Positions 1 through 10,540 of a stretch of DNA of 36,472 nucleotides are shown here, in pieces (the first letter of the stretch is position 1; every line of letters begins with the position of its first letter). The position numbers were made by a program, and so were the translations under genes. Origin of the DNA: Octopus bimaculoides (Eukaryota). Location: contig NC_069000.1 of NCBI RefSeq assembly GCF_001194135.2, positions 22,208,202 to 22,244,673 of the forward strand, read 5' to 3'. The notes beneath the pieces are model-generated. The model saw only the letters and a program-made list of their open reading frames with translations. It was not told the DNA's origin and made no database searches.

Positions 1-297
1 GAGTGGATTTGGTAGACGGAAACTGAAAGAAGCCTGTCGTATATATGTATATATATATATATATGTATGTGTGTATGTGTTTGTATGTCTGTGTTTGTCC
101 CCTCAACATCGCTTGACAACCGATGCTGGTGTGTTTATGTCCCCGTAACTTAGCGGTTCGGCAAAAGAGACCGAAAGAATAAGTACTAGGCTTCCAAAGA
201 ATAAGTCCTGGGGTCGATTTGCTCGACTAAAGGCGGTGCTCCAGCATGGCCACAGTCAAAAGACTGAAACAAGTAAAAGAGTAAAAGAGTAAAAGAG

Positions 298-298
<1 letters not shown>
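1..298 (+). mobile_element. SINE family A (tRNA/CORE-like head, internal microsatellite slot, AGTAAAAG-repeat tail); 5' end cut by window edge
   Basis: TTTGGTAGACGGAAACTG...CTTAGCGGTTCGGCAAAAGAG...CCAGCATGGCCACAGTC...GACTGAAACAAGTAAAAG recurs at about 8.9, 11.6, 12.0 and 14.7 kb; internal (TA)n(TG)n; tail of three 8-bp units. Confidence 0.85.
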
Positions 299-341
<43 letters not shown>

Positions 342-613
342 GACATACATATAAAGAATGTCTGTTTTTTTATGTTCGGTCATAATAAAAACAATTTTAT
401 ATTAATCTGAGGGAGTACTCTATATTTTTATCATTCTTAAACAAGAATATTATTGACAGTAGCTTTCAAATTTCAGCCAGCCAAGCCATTGTTAAACTGT
501 GCAATGAAGTTAATATTTGCTTTATAGAATCTCTGTTGAATTAAAATCTTCCTTTGGTATGTGGATTTGAATGGAGTGGTAATTAGGCTGCAGAGTGGTT
601 TGTGATAAAGAGG

Positions 614-779
614 TCATCATCATCATCATCATCATCGTTTAACGTCCGCTTTCCATGCTAGTATGGGTTGGACGATTTGACTGAGGACTGGTGAAACCGG
701 ATGGCAACACCAGGCTCCAGTCTGATTTGGCAGAGTTTCTACAGCTGGATGCCCTTCCTAACGCCAACCACTCAGAGAG
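614..779 (-). mobile_element. SINE family B ((ATG)n tail; core GTTGGCGTTAGGAAGGGCATCCAGCTGTAG, Meta-domain-like from memory), truncated by gap
   Basis: (CAT)n followed by GTTTAACGTCCGCTTTCCATGCTAG...GGATGCCCTTCCTAACGCCAACC; near-identical copies at 11682 and 24512. Confidence 0.85.
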
Positions 780-1257
780 NNNNNNNNNNNNNNNNNNNNN
801 NNNNNNNNNNNNNNNNNNNNNNNNNNNNNNNNNNNNNNNNNNNNNNNNNNNNNNNNNNNNNNNNNNNNNNNNNNNNNNNNNNNNNNNNNNNNNNNNNNNN
901 NNNNNNNNNNNNNNNNNNNNNNNNNNNNNNNNNNNNNNNNNNNNNNNNNNNNNNNNNNNNNNNNNNNNNNNNNNNNNNNNNNNNNNNNNNNNNNNNNNNN
1001 NNNNNNNNNNNNNNNNNNNNNNNNNNNNNNNNNNNNNNNNNNNNNNNNNNNNNNNNNNNNNNNNNNNNNNNNNNNNNNNNNNNNNNNNNNNNNNNNNNNN
1101 NNNNNNNNNNNNNNNNNNNNNNNNNNNNNNNNNNNNNNNNNNNNNNNNNNNNNNNNNNNNNNNNNNNNNNNNNNNNNNNNNNNNNNNNNNNNNNNNNNNN
1201 NNNNNNNNNNNNNNNNNNNNNNNNNNNNNNNNNNNNNNNNNNNNNNNNNNNNNNNNA
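780..1257. other. Assembly gap (N run); further gaps at 4039-4055, 10059-10300, 13302-14111, 31559-31568 and 33216-33875
   Basis: Runs of n in the sequence. Confidence 1.
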
Positions 1258-1266
1258 AAAAAAAAC

Positions 1267-1330
1267 TTCTTTAAGACAGTGCCCCAGCATGGCCACAGTC
1301 TAATGACTGAAACAAGTAAAAGATAAAAAG
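1267..1330 (+). mobile_element. SINE family A, 3' end
   Basis: CCAGCATGGCCACAGTCTAATGACTGAAACAAGTAAAAG matches the tail of the 1-298 copy. Confidence 0.75.
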
Positions 1331-1332
1331 TT

Positions 1333-1404
1333 ATATGCATTATGATATATATGCATTATGATATATATGCATTATGATATATATGCATTATGATATATAT
1401 GCAT
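1333..1404. repeat. 16-bp minisatellite (ATATGCATTATGATAT) x4.5
   Basis: Perfect tandem units starting at 1333, 1349, 1365 and 1381, plus a partial unit. Confidence 0.95.
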
Positions 1405-1429
1405 ATAAGTGATGAAATCTCCCATTGAA

Positions 1430-1659
1430 GACGATGTATGAGTCAGCACAGATGGTTTGTTTGTATGTGCCATATATTAGCTCATTCTCTCCATCAAATT
1501 GACATTGCCTGAATAGGTGCATTGTGCATCACGTCAGGTGTTGAAGTGATAGCCAAGCAACATGAGATGAAGTGTTTTGCTCAGGAACACGATAAAGCAC
1601 CTGGTCCAGGAATTGAAACCACTATCTCGCAATTGTGAGTGCAACATTCTAACCACTAG
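1430..1659 (-). mobile_element. tRNA-derived SINE family E, minus copy
   Basis: Reverse complement reads CTAGTGGTTAG...GGTTTCAATTCC (A/B-box-like) then GTGTTCCTGAGCAAAACACTTCATC; homologous to the adjacent plus copy. Confidence 0.7.
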
Positions 1660-1950
1660 GGTGTCGCACTCGTGAGCAAGAGACGGGTTCAATTCCCAGA
1701 CCAGGTAATACATAGTATTCTTGAGCAGAACATTTCATCTTATGTTGCTCTGTAATCACTATGATATCTGATGGGTGGCACACTATACTACCTGTATAGT
1801 GTGCCACACCAATTTAATGTAGGGAGTTAGCTTATGCGCAGTGAGAATATTTGATAACCATAAACAAGTCATCTGTACAGGTTGTTCAGCAAGAGATTAC
1901 AGACTAGCTTTTCTTGGATGAAGATTTTCATTATTATTATTATTATATAT
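1657..1950 (+). mobile_element. tRNA-derived SINE family E, plus copy, 5'-truncated, (ATT)n tail
   Basis: GGGTTCAATTCCC B box, TTCTTGAGCAGAACATTTCATCTT body, ends in TTCATTATTATTATT. Confidence 0.7.
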
Positions 1951-2913
1951 ATTCCTCATTCCAGACCCAATGTTAAATAGATAAATATGTTAAAAAAGAA
2001 AAATGCTAATTAATTACCTAATACATTCATTAATTCATGATCAAAATATCCTCTACGAATGATAGCTAAACTATAGTGTATCAGTCAGTATGTGATTGAT
2101 ATCTCCCATCTGTAAAATTAATATCAGCTACATCAACGAAAATGGAAACAGAAGATTAAAATAATTGGAAAATAAAAATGAGAAGAAATCAATAGCAACT
2201 CCATATTTTTTTTCAAATTTGTCTTTAATTAGCATACTCCTATTAATATACACTTTGTCTCTTAATTAATATACGCTAAAATACCACACATTTGAGTTGG
2301 ATAATTTTATGGCTATTTTTCTTTTTTTTTTTTCGTTTCTTTTCTTTTTAATTGACTAATTTTACAGCAAATTTTCAAAAGAGCATAAACACAACAAAAT
2401 AGACACACCAAATGCATCATTACTAAATTTTGTGCTTTTTTTATCAACTAATTTCATATTGTAACTTCAAAACAAGCAGAAGAAAAATACAACCCAAAAA
2501 GCAAAGCAAAGCCAAAAAACAAAACAAAACAAATCAAAAGCTTACAAAGAGTCTATTAGTGCCAATTATTGTTTTGTTATTAACTAATATCATATCATAA
2601 CAAAAATACATAAGAGAAAAAAAATAATTAAAAAAAGGAATACATAAAGGCTAAATTACTAACAATTGAATTGTTTTTAATTTTAATTATGAGTGACTTT
2701 TTTCTTTGCTGTTGTTATTATGAGTACAACTAATTTAACTGCAATCTATCTCAATGCAAAATGAGATAATGATGTATTATCATTATTATTGTTGTTATTT
2801 TTAATTTTATGACTATTGTTGTATGATTGCATTGTTTTTGTTGTGCTGATAAAACAAAAGATTTCATTCAAGCCAATATATTTTCAGCTATAACATCTGT
2901 TTTGCTGTTGGCA

Positions 2914-2944
2914 TCAGATTTCGGTAAAGAGCTGGATAAAACCA
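2914..2944 (-). CDS. Candidate terminal coding exon (reads SGFIQLFTEI* if entered in phase 2; alternative frame VVLSSSLPKSDANSKTDVIAENILA* ending at 2868)
   Basis: Very long poly-T tract on the minus strand then CCTTCTTGAAG acceptor; followed by about 900 bp of transposon-free U-rich, 3'UTR-like sequence. Product not recognised. Confidence 0.3.
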
Positions 2945-2955
2945 CTTCAAGAAGG

Positions 2956-3000
<45 letters not shown>

Positions 3001-3264
3001 ACAAAAAAAAGACGTGAATTGTGAACTGCAGTTGTAACCCCACACCACTTTGCACCCCTCTCTATCCATGTCTATGATAGTAAAAAAAAAAAAAAAGTGA
3101 GTTAGATTTAGGTTTGGCTTTTGTATAAATAGTTGGGATTGAATGTAGAAACTAAAGGTTAGGGGCCATTGCTATGAAGTATTGACTAATCCCACTTCTT
3201 TGTACACACACCTACTCTCTCTCTCTCTCTCTCTCTGCTGATACATTCAATAAGACTTTAGTTT

Positions 3265-3460
3265 ATCATCATCATCATCACCATCATCATCATCCTATAA
3301 CATCTGTTTTCCCTACCGACATGGATTGGATGGTCTGACTGGAGCTGGTAAGTTAGAGAGCTGCATCAGGTTCCAGTTCAACTTGGCCTGGTTTCTACGG
3401 TTGGATGCTCTTCCTAACGCCAGCCACTTTACAATGTGCGCTAGGTGCTTTTTAAGTGGC
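3265..3460 (-). mobile_element. SINE family B, diverged
   Basis: (CAT)n tail and GGATGCTCTTCCTAACGCCAGCC core. Confidence 0.75.
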
Positions 3461-4312
3461 AATGCATATAGTTAATGACGATGGTGGTGGTGGTGGTGGG
3501 TGTATAGCCATTTATGTCAATCTCAGTGTTTTATTTTGTCTATGGAAAGAGGAAAGTCAAAATCAACCACAGCAGGATTTGAGCTTGAGTTGTAAAGGGC
3601 TGTAAATGTTTATAATAAAAGAAAATGCAATCAGAGTGAGAAATCAATTATTACAGATAATAACAACAGTCAAATTATCTGGTGTTTACCCATTTATTTG
3701 TTCTAGCATCAGTGCAATGCTTTCTTGTAAATCTAGCTATTCCAGATTGCTGGAAATAAATGCCCCTTTTCCCTCCCTGCTTTTTAATGCAAACATTGGA
3801 AACAGAAGTCAAATTTTCTAGTTAGTCAGGTAGACTGAAGCAAGCAAAGTTATAAAACCTTGACCAGCAACACATTACAGTAAATGTACAGTTAAGCTCT
3901 GAAATATTGGTATTCAACAAGAGCAAACATTCTAAAGCAGATCCGACACAGTAAGAGTATGCACACACACACCAAACAATTATGATAGACTTGATAATTG
4001 CTGAGGCCTTCCTTAACATGAAACCAATGGTATCCATANNNNNNNNNNNNNNNNNCTTGACCAGCAACACATTACAGTAAATGTACAGTTAAGCTCTGAA
4101 ATATTGGTATTCAACAAGAGAAAAACAATCTAAAGCAGATCTGACACAGTAAGTGTACATGAAGTGAGCAGTAATGACTGAACAAGTTACATGATTTCAG
4201 AGATGTATTTGTCTGGTAAGTGATTTGATCTGAGATTGTGTGTTGAAACTATAACAATTACAGGGTGGAAGATAAGTATTAGCCTTTCAATAGCACAAAG
4301 ACTTAAATTCAC

Positions 4313-4541
4313 TTAACCTGTAAGCATGTAAACCGGCCACATCCAGCCAAAATATTCAACCTGTTTTATCTTCAAACTGGCCAGATCTGGTCTCTCAAAC
4401 TTACTCAAAAATACTTTTCTAAAAATAAACAATCATGTCAGTGAAATCTCAAAGCTACAAGGTAATGCATGACAAATTCAAAAACAATGTGAATAAATAC
4501 ACATTACATTTGATAGAGTAATCTGAATGCTAAAAGGTTAA
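4313..4541. mobile_element. MITE family 1 (TTAA-flanked, piggyBac-like ends)
   Basis: Ends TTAACC...AGCAT and AATGCTAAAAGGTTAA; internal CCAGATCTGG palindrome; homologues at about 8.2, 19.7, 24.4, 24.9 and 25.5 kb. Confidence 0.75.
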
Positions 4542-4844
4542 ACCTTCACTATTTGGTATCAAAATTTCTTGGTGCATCAATTATGACAAAGTTCCACTAC
4601 ATTTATGTTCAGCTCAAAATGTTTTTTTTTTTCTTTTTTTTGTGTGTGGTGTAGCTAGAGGAGGAAGGACAGCTCCCATAACTTTTTTTAGGGTCTCCAA
4701 GACCGGTTTGAAGTAGAGAAGAAGTTATTCTCAGACCAGACACATTCTTTACACAGTTGACTATATTTAAAAGCTAAGTAGTAATATCAAACTGGACAAC
4801 GAATTAACTTTACAACCTAATCATAGGAGAGGTCCCCTTCCACA

Positions 4845-4985
4845 CAGTTTCTGTTTAATAAATTTCATTCATAAGGCTTTCATCAGCTTGAACTTATGGT
4901 ACAAGATACCCTAAGTGCTCTGCACTCGCACTGAACTTAAAACCATGTAGTTTTGAAGTAAACTTCTTAATCACATGGCTCTAAC
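4845..4985 (-). mobile_element. SINE family A, 5' head fragment, diverged
   Basis: Reverse complement resembles the 14590-14720 head (CATGGTTTTAAGTTCAGTG...CACTTAGGGTATCTTG...AAACAGAAACTG). Confidence 0.5.
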
Positions 4986-5111
4986 TGAGCAACAAAGTGG
5001 TCAAAATAAATATCTCTTAAGTTATAAAGCATGTTAAGTACCAGTGCTCAGCTTCAGTTTAATATCATAAAGTGAATGAGAACTAAAACTCTTCCTTGAT
5101 AGGAAACTGAC

Positions 5112-5200
5112 CTATGTAGATCATCAGTAGCATACTTAAAATGATCTTGTATCCATTTCCAGAGAGCCAAGCAAACCAATGCAATGCAGAATAAAGTTTC
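5112..5200 (-). CDS. Candidate internal exon ETLFCIALVCLALWKWIQDHFKYATDDLH(S)
   Basis: Acceptor TTGTTTCAGTGTAG|, donor CATAG|GTCAGT; 89 nt open; phase-compatible with the 2944 exon. No family recognised. Confidence 0.35.
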
Positions 5201-5859
5201 CTACACTGAAACAACAGAATTCTCTGACAGAGGATTTTCGATTCATGAGCACAGGATGTGTAGTCCAACCACCTAATCTATTCATTGAAACAACTAGCAT
5301 TACATTTTGTGCTATTTAGTAATGAGCTATATCATAAAGACCTAGAAAGAAAGAAAGATGTATTTTACCATAGAAAATTACAATCCTCTGAACACTCTGC
5401 CTTTGCTGGATACAATGGTTTATAACATTCTACACATACACACATGTGCACGTATATGTAGATACAAGCAATAATCAATTGAAAGTAAAATAAGAGCTAC
5501 TATTTTTCTTTGTTTGCAAAAGTGGAAATTGCAAACTTCACAACTCCAACTGTTGCATTAGGCATACTTGTATGGTACACTCTGACTTGCTCAAGAAACA
5601 ACAACAATGTGCAGTATCATAGAACTCAGATCAAAACTAATTAGGAAAACATTTGTAAACAACATATCTATATTCTAAGAATTTCTCACAGAAACAGGTG
5701 ATTAATGTTGGAAACAGAACTCATAGCACAACACAATGTTAAAATGAAGACAAACAACACACACTATTCATAAAATGAAACACCTGACTGATGACTTATA
5801 ACATCTAAAAGGTCAAAATTCACAGTCTGTTAGTAATAATCTACATGAATCATATTAAC

Positions 5860-5906
5860 CCTTCTTATTGGCAAAGAAGCAACAACAAACGGACAACATA
5901 ATCCGC
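5860..5906 (-). CDS. Candidate exon (G)GLCCPFVVASLPIRR; alternative acceptor at 5920 gives ASHPQADYVVRLLLLLCQ*
   Basis: Acceptor TTCTCATCCACAG|, weak donor AGG|GTTAAT. Confidence 0.2.
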
Positions 5907-7368
5907 CTGTGGATGAGAAGCTGAAAGTCTAGAAATGTTGGTGCATTTTAGAAAATGTTATTGTTCCAAAGAAACTGCAAGAACTTCATAGAAAACTATG
6001 AAACAAACTTGATAAACAAGATAAAACTATGACATAGTAGTGCTTTGAATGCAATACATATACATGTGTATGTGTGTGTGTGCACATGCGCGTGTGTGCG
6101 TGTGCATATGAGTAAGCAGTTAATTAGGTTACAAGATAAATTAGCAAGATTACAAAGATATTGCCACGGACTAGGAATCAACAATATATTCTGAGACAGC
6201 AAATTAGCAATATGGGCTCAAATTGCAATTTAATAAAGGAGTTGCCAAGTTAGCATTATTGTTAAAGTCTACAAATTATCAGCAAGGATGGAAAGAATCT
6301 TCAAATTAACAGTATCCTTGAGGCATATTAATTAGCTTCATAGAAATGGCCTATATGATAGTAATATATGAACAATAGGGTTAAATTGTTAAATTACTAG
6401 AATTTAAATTAGAAAATAAATAAGATCCAAAGTTAGCGAATGATTTAATATAATTAGAAGAACAATTAGTGAATATATATAAATAAAAAAGAAAAATCCA
6501 TATACACTCTTAGAACATTTGATATAAAACATCACATATGCATACATGACAATAGTCGCTATGTAATATCACACACATATATGTACGCAAGCATACACAC
6601 GGATTTTTAAAGAGATGAATAATGAAACAAAGCCGTCTAAAATATAAACAAATAAATAAATGCTAGACATCTCCAAGATGTTTTTCAATGAGCTTGGATG
6701 GAGTTCTTCATTAGATGACAAGGCTTAACATCTGCCACAAGCACCACTTTAATTACAGTCTGTCTGTCTGTCTTCTATCTCCTCCAATATTACACACCCA
6801 CTGCATCTCCCCCACAACACATGCACCTCCTATTGTCTTCAGATTTTCATCCTCACCTCCATACACCTTCACCTATTATCATCCAGGCCTCTAACATGTT
6901 CTCCAGGTGCTACTTCTCCTCTTATTGACAATGAGAAAGGGGGAGACAGAGGTAGGGAGGGAGGGAGGTAGGAAGATGGAGGAAGTGGTAGAATATCTTT
7001 GCCTATTGTTTTCTTTCCAAAGGAGAATTAAAAACTAAACCAACAACAATAAAACATGAAGAAAAAAAAACCCAACAAATAACAATTATGGTAATTATTT
7101 TTATTACATGGAGAAACAGATACACAAAACATACACACACACTCACACACAAGGGGACTATAAGAAGAAGAAACATTATTGAAGACAGTGGAATCCATCA
7201 AGAATCATAGGTTGAACTATTCAGGGATATGGAATTAGCCAAGGTCTGCAAGCTGGAATAAATACTTTAGAATATGTGAGACTTGATCCAACTATCTGGA
7301 GGACTGTGCATGCATGGACATGTGTATGTATGTGAGAATGCATATATGTGTGTGTGTATATATGTATC

Positions 7369-7757
7369 AGCGGAGGCGCAATGGCCCAGTGGTTAGGGCA
7401 GTGGACTCACGGTCATAGGATCGCGGTTTCGATTCCTAGACCGGGTGTTGTGAGTGTTTATTGAGCGAGAACATCTAAAGCTCCATGAGGCTCTGTCAGG
7501 GGATGGTGGCGAACCCTGCTGTACTCTTCCACCACAACTTTTTCTCACTCTTACTTCCTGTTTCTGTTGTGCCTGTATTTCAAAGGGTCAGCCTTGTCAC
7601 ACTGTGTCAAGCTGAATATCTCCGAGAACTACGTTAAGGGTACACGTATCTGTGGAGTGCTCAGCCACTTGCACGTTAATTTCATGAGCAGGCTGTTCCG
7701 TTGATTGAATCAACTGGAACCCTCGACGTCGTAAGTGACGGAGTGCCAACAACAACA
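7369..7757 (+). mobile_element. Full-length tRNA-derived SINE family D with (CAA)n tail and 11-bp target-site duplication
   Basis: A box TGGCCCAGTGG 7382-7392, B box GGTTTCGATTCC 7425-7436, CAACAACAACAA tail; ATATATGTATC at 7358-7368 and again at 7758-7768. Confidence 0.9.
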
Positions 7758-8070
7758 ATATATGTATCTACACATGCACACAGACATAAACATACTCACT
7801 CTGCACTTTAAAAGACAGTTGTTCTTAAGCACCAAGTCAGTTCTAATCAAACAGATCTATGTTCAAAGTTGTCTGAGTTATAACCATTTCAAATTTTCTT
7901 TTTTTTTTTCTTCTTCTAGGTACAGAATATGTCAAACTACATTATTTAATATGACCTTTTTATTTCAGGTCATAAGCATGTGCGTGTGATTTGAGGGAGA
8001 TTTGGTCATTTTCATAAGTGGAGGCTGTTGCACTGACTTGTTTAATAGTTAATAGCGCTACCGATCAAAC

Positions 8071-8134
8071 CTTTCAAGATGTTCAATTGAGATAGAGATT
8101 CCACCACCACATTAGTAGGCCCCAGTGTGGCTGT
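8071..8134 (-). CDS. Candidate internal exon TATLGPTNVVVESLSQLNILK
   Basis: Acceptor CATCCAATTCTTATAG|, donor AAAG|GTTTGA; 64 nt open, phase 0 to phase 1. Confidence 0.3.
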
Positions 8135-8199
8135 CTATAAGAATTGGATGCAGAACATTGTAGAATATGTCAATGTAGCCTCAACAGATAATTTGACCC

Positions 8200-8298
8200 T
8201 AAACCCTTTAACATTTAAACTGGCCATAATCAGCCCAAATATTCAACTTGTTTTATGGTTAAATTGACCGGAGTAATCTGAATGCTAAAGGGGGTAAA
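8200..8298. mobile_element. MITE family 1, internally deleted copy
   Basis: Both termini present (AACCCTTTAACATTTAAAC ... GTAATCTGAATGCTAAAGGGG), middle missing relative to 4313-4541. Confidence 0.7.
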
Positions 8299-8425
8299 CC
8301 GCAGACATAATCAAAGGAAAGTGAATATTTTATGGCACATTTTCGTAATGAAATTGTAAATTTTATTGAGCAAGAGACTAAAAGTTATTGTAGTTTTTTG
8401 TACTTTAGATACGTAGAAAAATTAC

Positions 8426-8490
8426 CCATAAGCAAAGGAGATATTTTTTGTTTCTGCCCGCTTGGTACACACATTCATGCAACTTTTTCG
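8426..8490 (-). CDS. Candidate internal exon xKKLHECVYQAGRNKKYLLCLW
   Basis: Acceptor TTAACTTTAAACAG|, donor TGG|GTAATT; 65 nt open, ends in phase 0, matching the 8134 exon. Confidence 0.3.
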
Positions 8491-8820
8491 CTGTTTAAAG
8501 TTAAATGACCAAGGTGTAAAGCTCTGATATAAATTACAGATATAAATACACCTATCATCCAATAGTCCTTGGATGAGTACTGCAAAATTATAATTTTGCT
8601 TGTTCATTGGTTAACATGTTACTTTTTAGTTTGCCAGAGAGAGGGGAGTTAGAGTGACAAAAGGGGAAGGAGAGAGGAAGAGGGTGAGCAAAAGGGAAGG
8701 TGAGGGTGAGCGAGAGCAAGGGAGGGAAAGGTGAGTGAGCTGAAAGCCAGCTGATGCAATATGCTGTCACTTAGTTGGCTAGTGGAAGTGAGAGGTAAAG
8801 AGAAAAAGAGAAATGTTAAC

Positions 8821-8856
<36 letters not shown>

Positions 8857-8890
8857 AGTTGTTTACCAAAAGGAAATTTTAAAATCATGA

Positions 8891-9066
8891 TTTTGGTTGA
8901 CAGAAACTGGTGTGTTTATGTCCCTGTAACTTAGCAGTTTGGCCAAAGGGTTCAATACAATATGTACTAGGCTTAGAAAGAAGAAGTCTTGAGGTCGATT
9001 CCTTCAACTGTAACCCTTTGAAGTGGTGTTTCAGCATGACCGCAGTCCAATAACTGAAACAAGTAA

Positions 9067-9068
<2 letters not shown>
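8891..9068 (+). mobile_element. SINE family A with internal deletion of the microsatellite slot
   Basis: TTTTGGTTGACAGAAACTG joins directly to GTGTGTTTATGTCCC; typical 3' tail follows. Confidence 0.75.
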
Positions 9069-9111
<43 letters not shown>

Positions 9112-9400
9112 CGTGCGTGTGTGTCCCCCTCTACTTCCTCTTGGCAACCAAAATCTGTGACTGGAAGTGAAAAAACTAAGCAAAATAGCAGTGGATGTTA
9201 TTTTTTAAAATTTGCAATGGAATTGAAACTAATCATGTAAATAAAAACATTCTGTATATTCTCCATATCATTTTGTGTATATCAATTGTATATAATGTAA
9301 AATATTTATGATAAAATATTGTGTAATAAGGAATATGCAATTATATGATTGATCTTGCAGTTTCAATAGAATTAAATACTAACGAATGATATGTGTATTG

Positions 9401-9584
9401 AGTATTGCCTAGATTGTTATTGTATATTTTTCTATCATTTATTGCACAGGCAACAATAAGATTTATATGCAATAAAAATGCAAATTCATCCTTGCTTTCT
9501 TAAATAATTCCTCTTAAATTTTTTGTGTTCTGTGAAATTTCCACAGGTCCTGCTAATAATAATAATATTATAAATTCATAATAG

Positions 9585-9654
<70 letters not shown>

Positions 9655-9994
9655 CATATATATATATATAGAGAGAGAGAGAGAGTGAGGGGGGGGGCAT
9701 GTAGAGGATCACCTAAAATGTAACTCCTCAGACAAAGATTAAAAAATATTTCAGTATGGAAGCTGCATAGTTTCCATAGCATTATGAGGAAACAAAGTCA
9801 GTGGTAGTGGTGGGTAGGTATAGGGTACACTTGTGTAGGTATGTCAAGTATTGTATGGATTGTTATTGTATATTTTTGTGTATTATTGCACAAGCAACAA
9901 TAAGATTAATATGCAATAAAACTGCTAATCGTCCTTTCTATTTTTTAAAGAGCTTCGATTAATTTTTTTTGTTTTATGGAATTTCCACAGGTCC
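9401..9994 (+). repeat. Two diverged ~150-bp direct repeats (9401-9550 and 9847-9994)
   Basis: Shared blocks ATTGTTATTGTATATTTTT, ATTGCACA.GCAACAATAAGATT.ATATGCAATAAAA and AATTTCCACAGGTCC. Confidence 0.8.
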
Positions 9995-10370
9995 CACTAG
10001 TTTTCTTTGGTTTCTTTGAATGGTTTCTGCAGCACACCAGGTTTTATTTATATATATANNNNNNNNNNNNNNNNNNNNNNNNNNNNNNNNNNNNNNNNNN
10101 NNNNNNNNNNNNNNNNNNNNNNNNNNNNNNNNNNNNNNNNNNNNNNNNNNNNNNNNNNNNNNNNNNNNNNNNNNNNNNNNNNNNNNNNNNNNNNNNNNNN
10201 NNNNNNNNNNNNNNNNNNNNNNNNNNNNNNNNNNNNNNNNNNNNNNNNNNNNNNNNNNNNNNNNNNNNNNNNNNNNNNNNNNNNNNNNNNNNNNNNNNNN
10301 TGTGTGTGTGTGTGTGTGTAAAGAGGCTGCTATCCCCTAACTAGCATTCTCATTTGAATGACAATAATTA

Positions 10371-10540
10371 TAAGGGGGTGCTGAAAAGTTCCTGGCTTTA
10401 AGGGTATTGTGAAAGGCCTGGTTGGAGGTCCAACCTTCCGAGTTTTTTTACAGGGCTTAGAAAAACTGAAGGATTGCTGCAATAACTGATCCTCCTGTAT
10501 TTTCTTTTCCCAAAGCCAGGAACTTTTCAGCACCCTCTTG
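10371..10540 (+). mobile_element. Mariner-derived MITE (170 bp)
   Basis: 29-bp TIRs (TAAGGGGGTGCTGAAAAGTTCCTGGCTTT / AAAGCCAGGAACTTTTCAGCACCCTCTTG, 2 mismatches), TA on both flanks; interior encodes KAWLEVQPSEFF-(frameshift)-QGLEKLKDCCN, like a mariner transposase C-terminus. Confidence 0.9.

Noticed and set aside
245-275. Hammerhead ribozyme in the SINE A tail (hairpin followed by GAAAC)
   Set aside because: The required CUGANGA box is missing upstream of the stem.
350-600. Possible decayed Tc1/mariner fragment
   Set aside because: Only a short motif similarity (TGTCTGTTTTTTATGTT, also near 33947); no paired TIR or transposase frame found.
639-1340. Long ORFs at 639-1340, 9976-10344 and 13016-14210
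   Set aside because: They are long only because N runs translate as X without stops; the flanks are SINE or microsatellite sequence.
7369-7445. Possible tRNA gene
   Set aside because: The tRNA-like head continues into a 390-bp body with tail and target-site duplication, so it is a SINE; no complete acceptor stem is evident.
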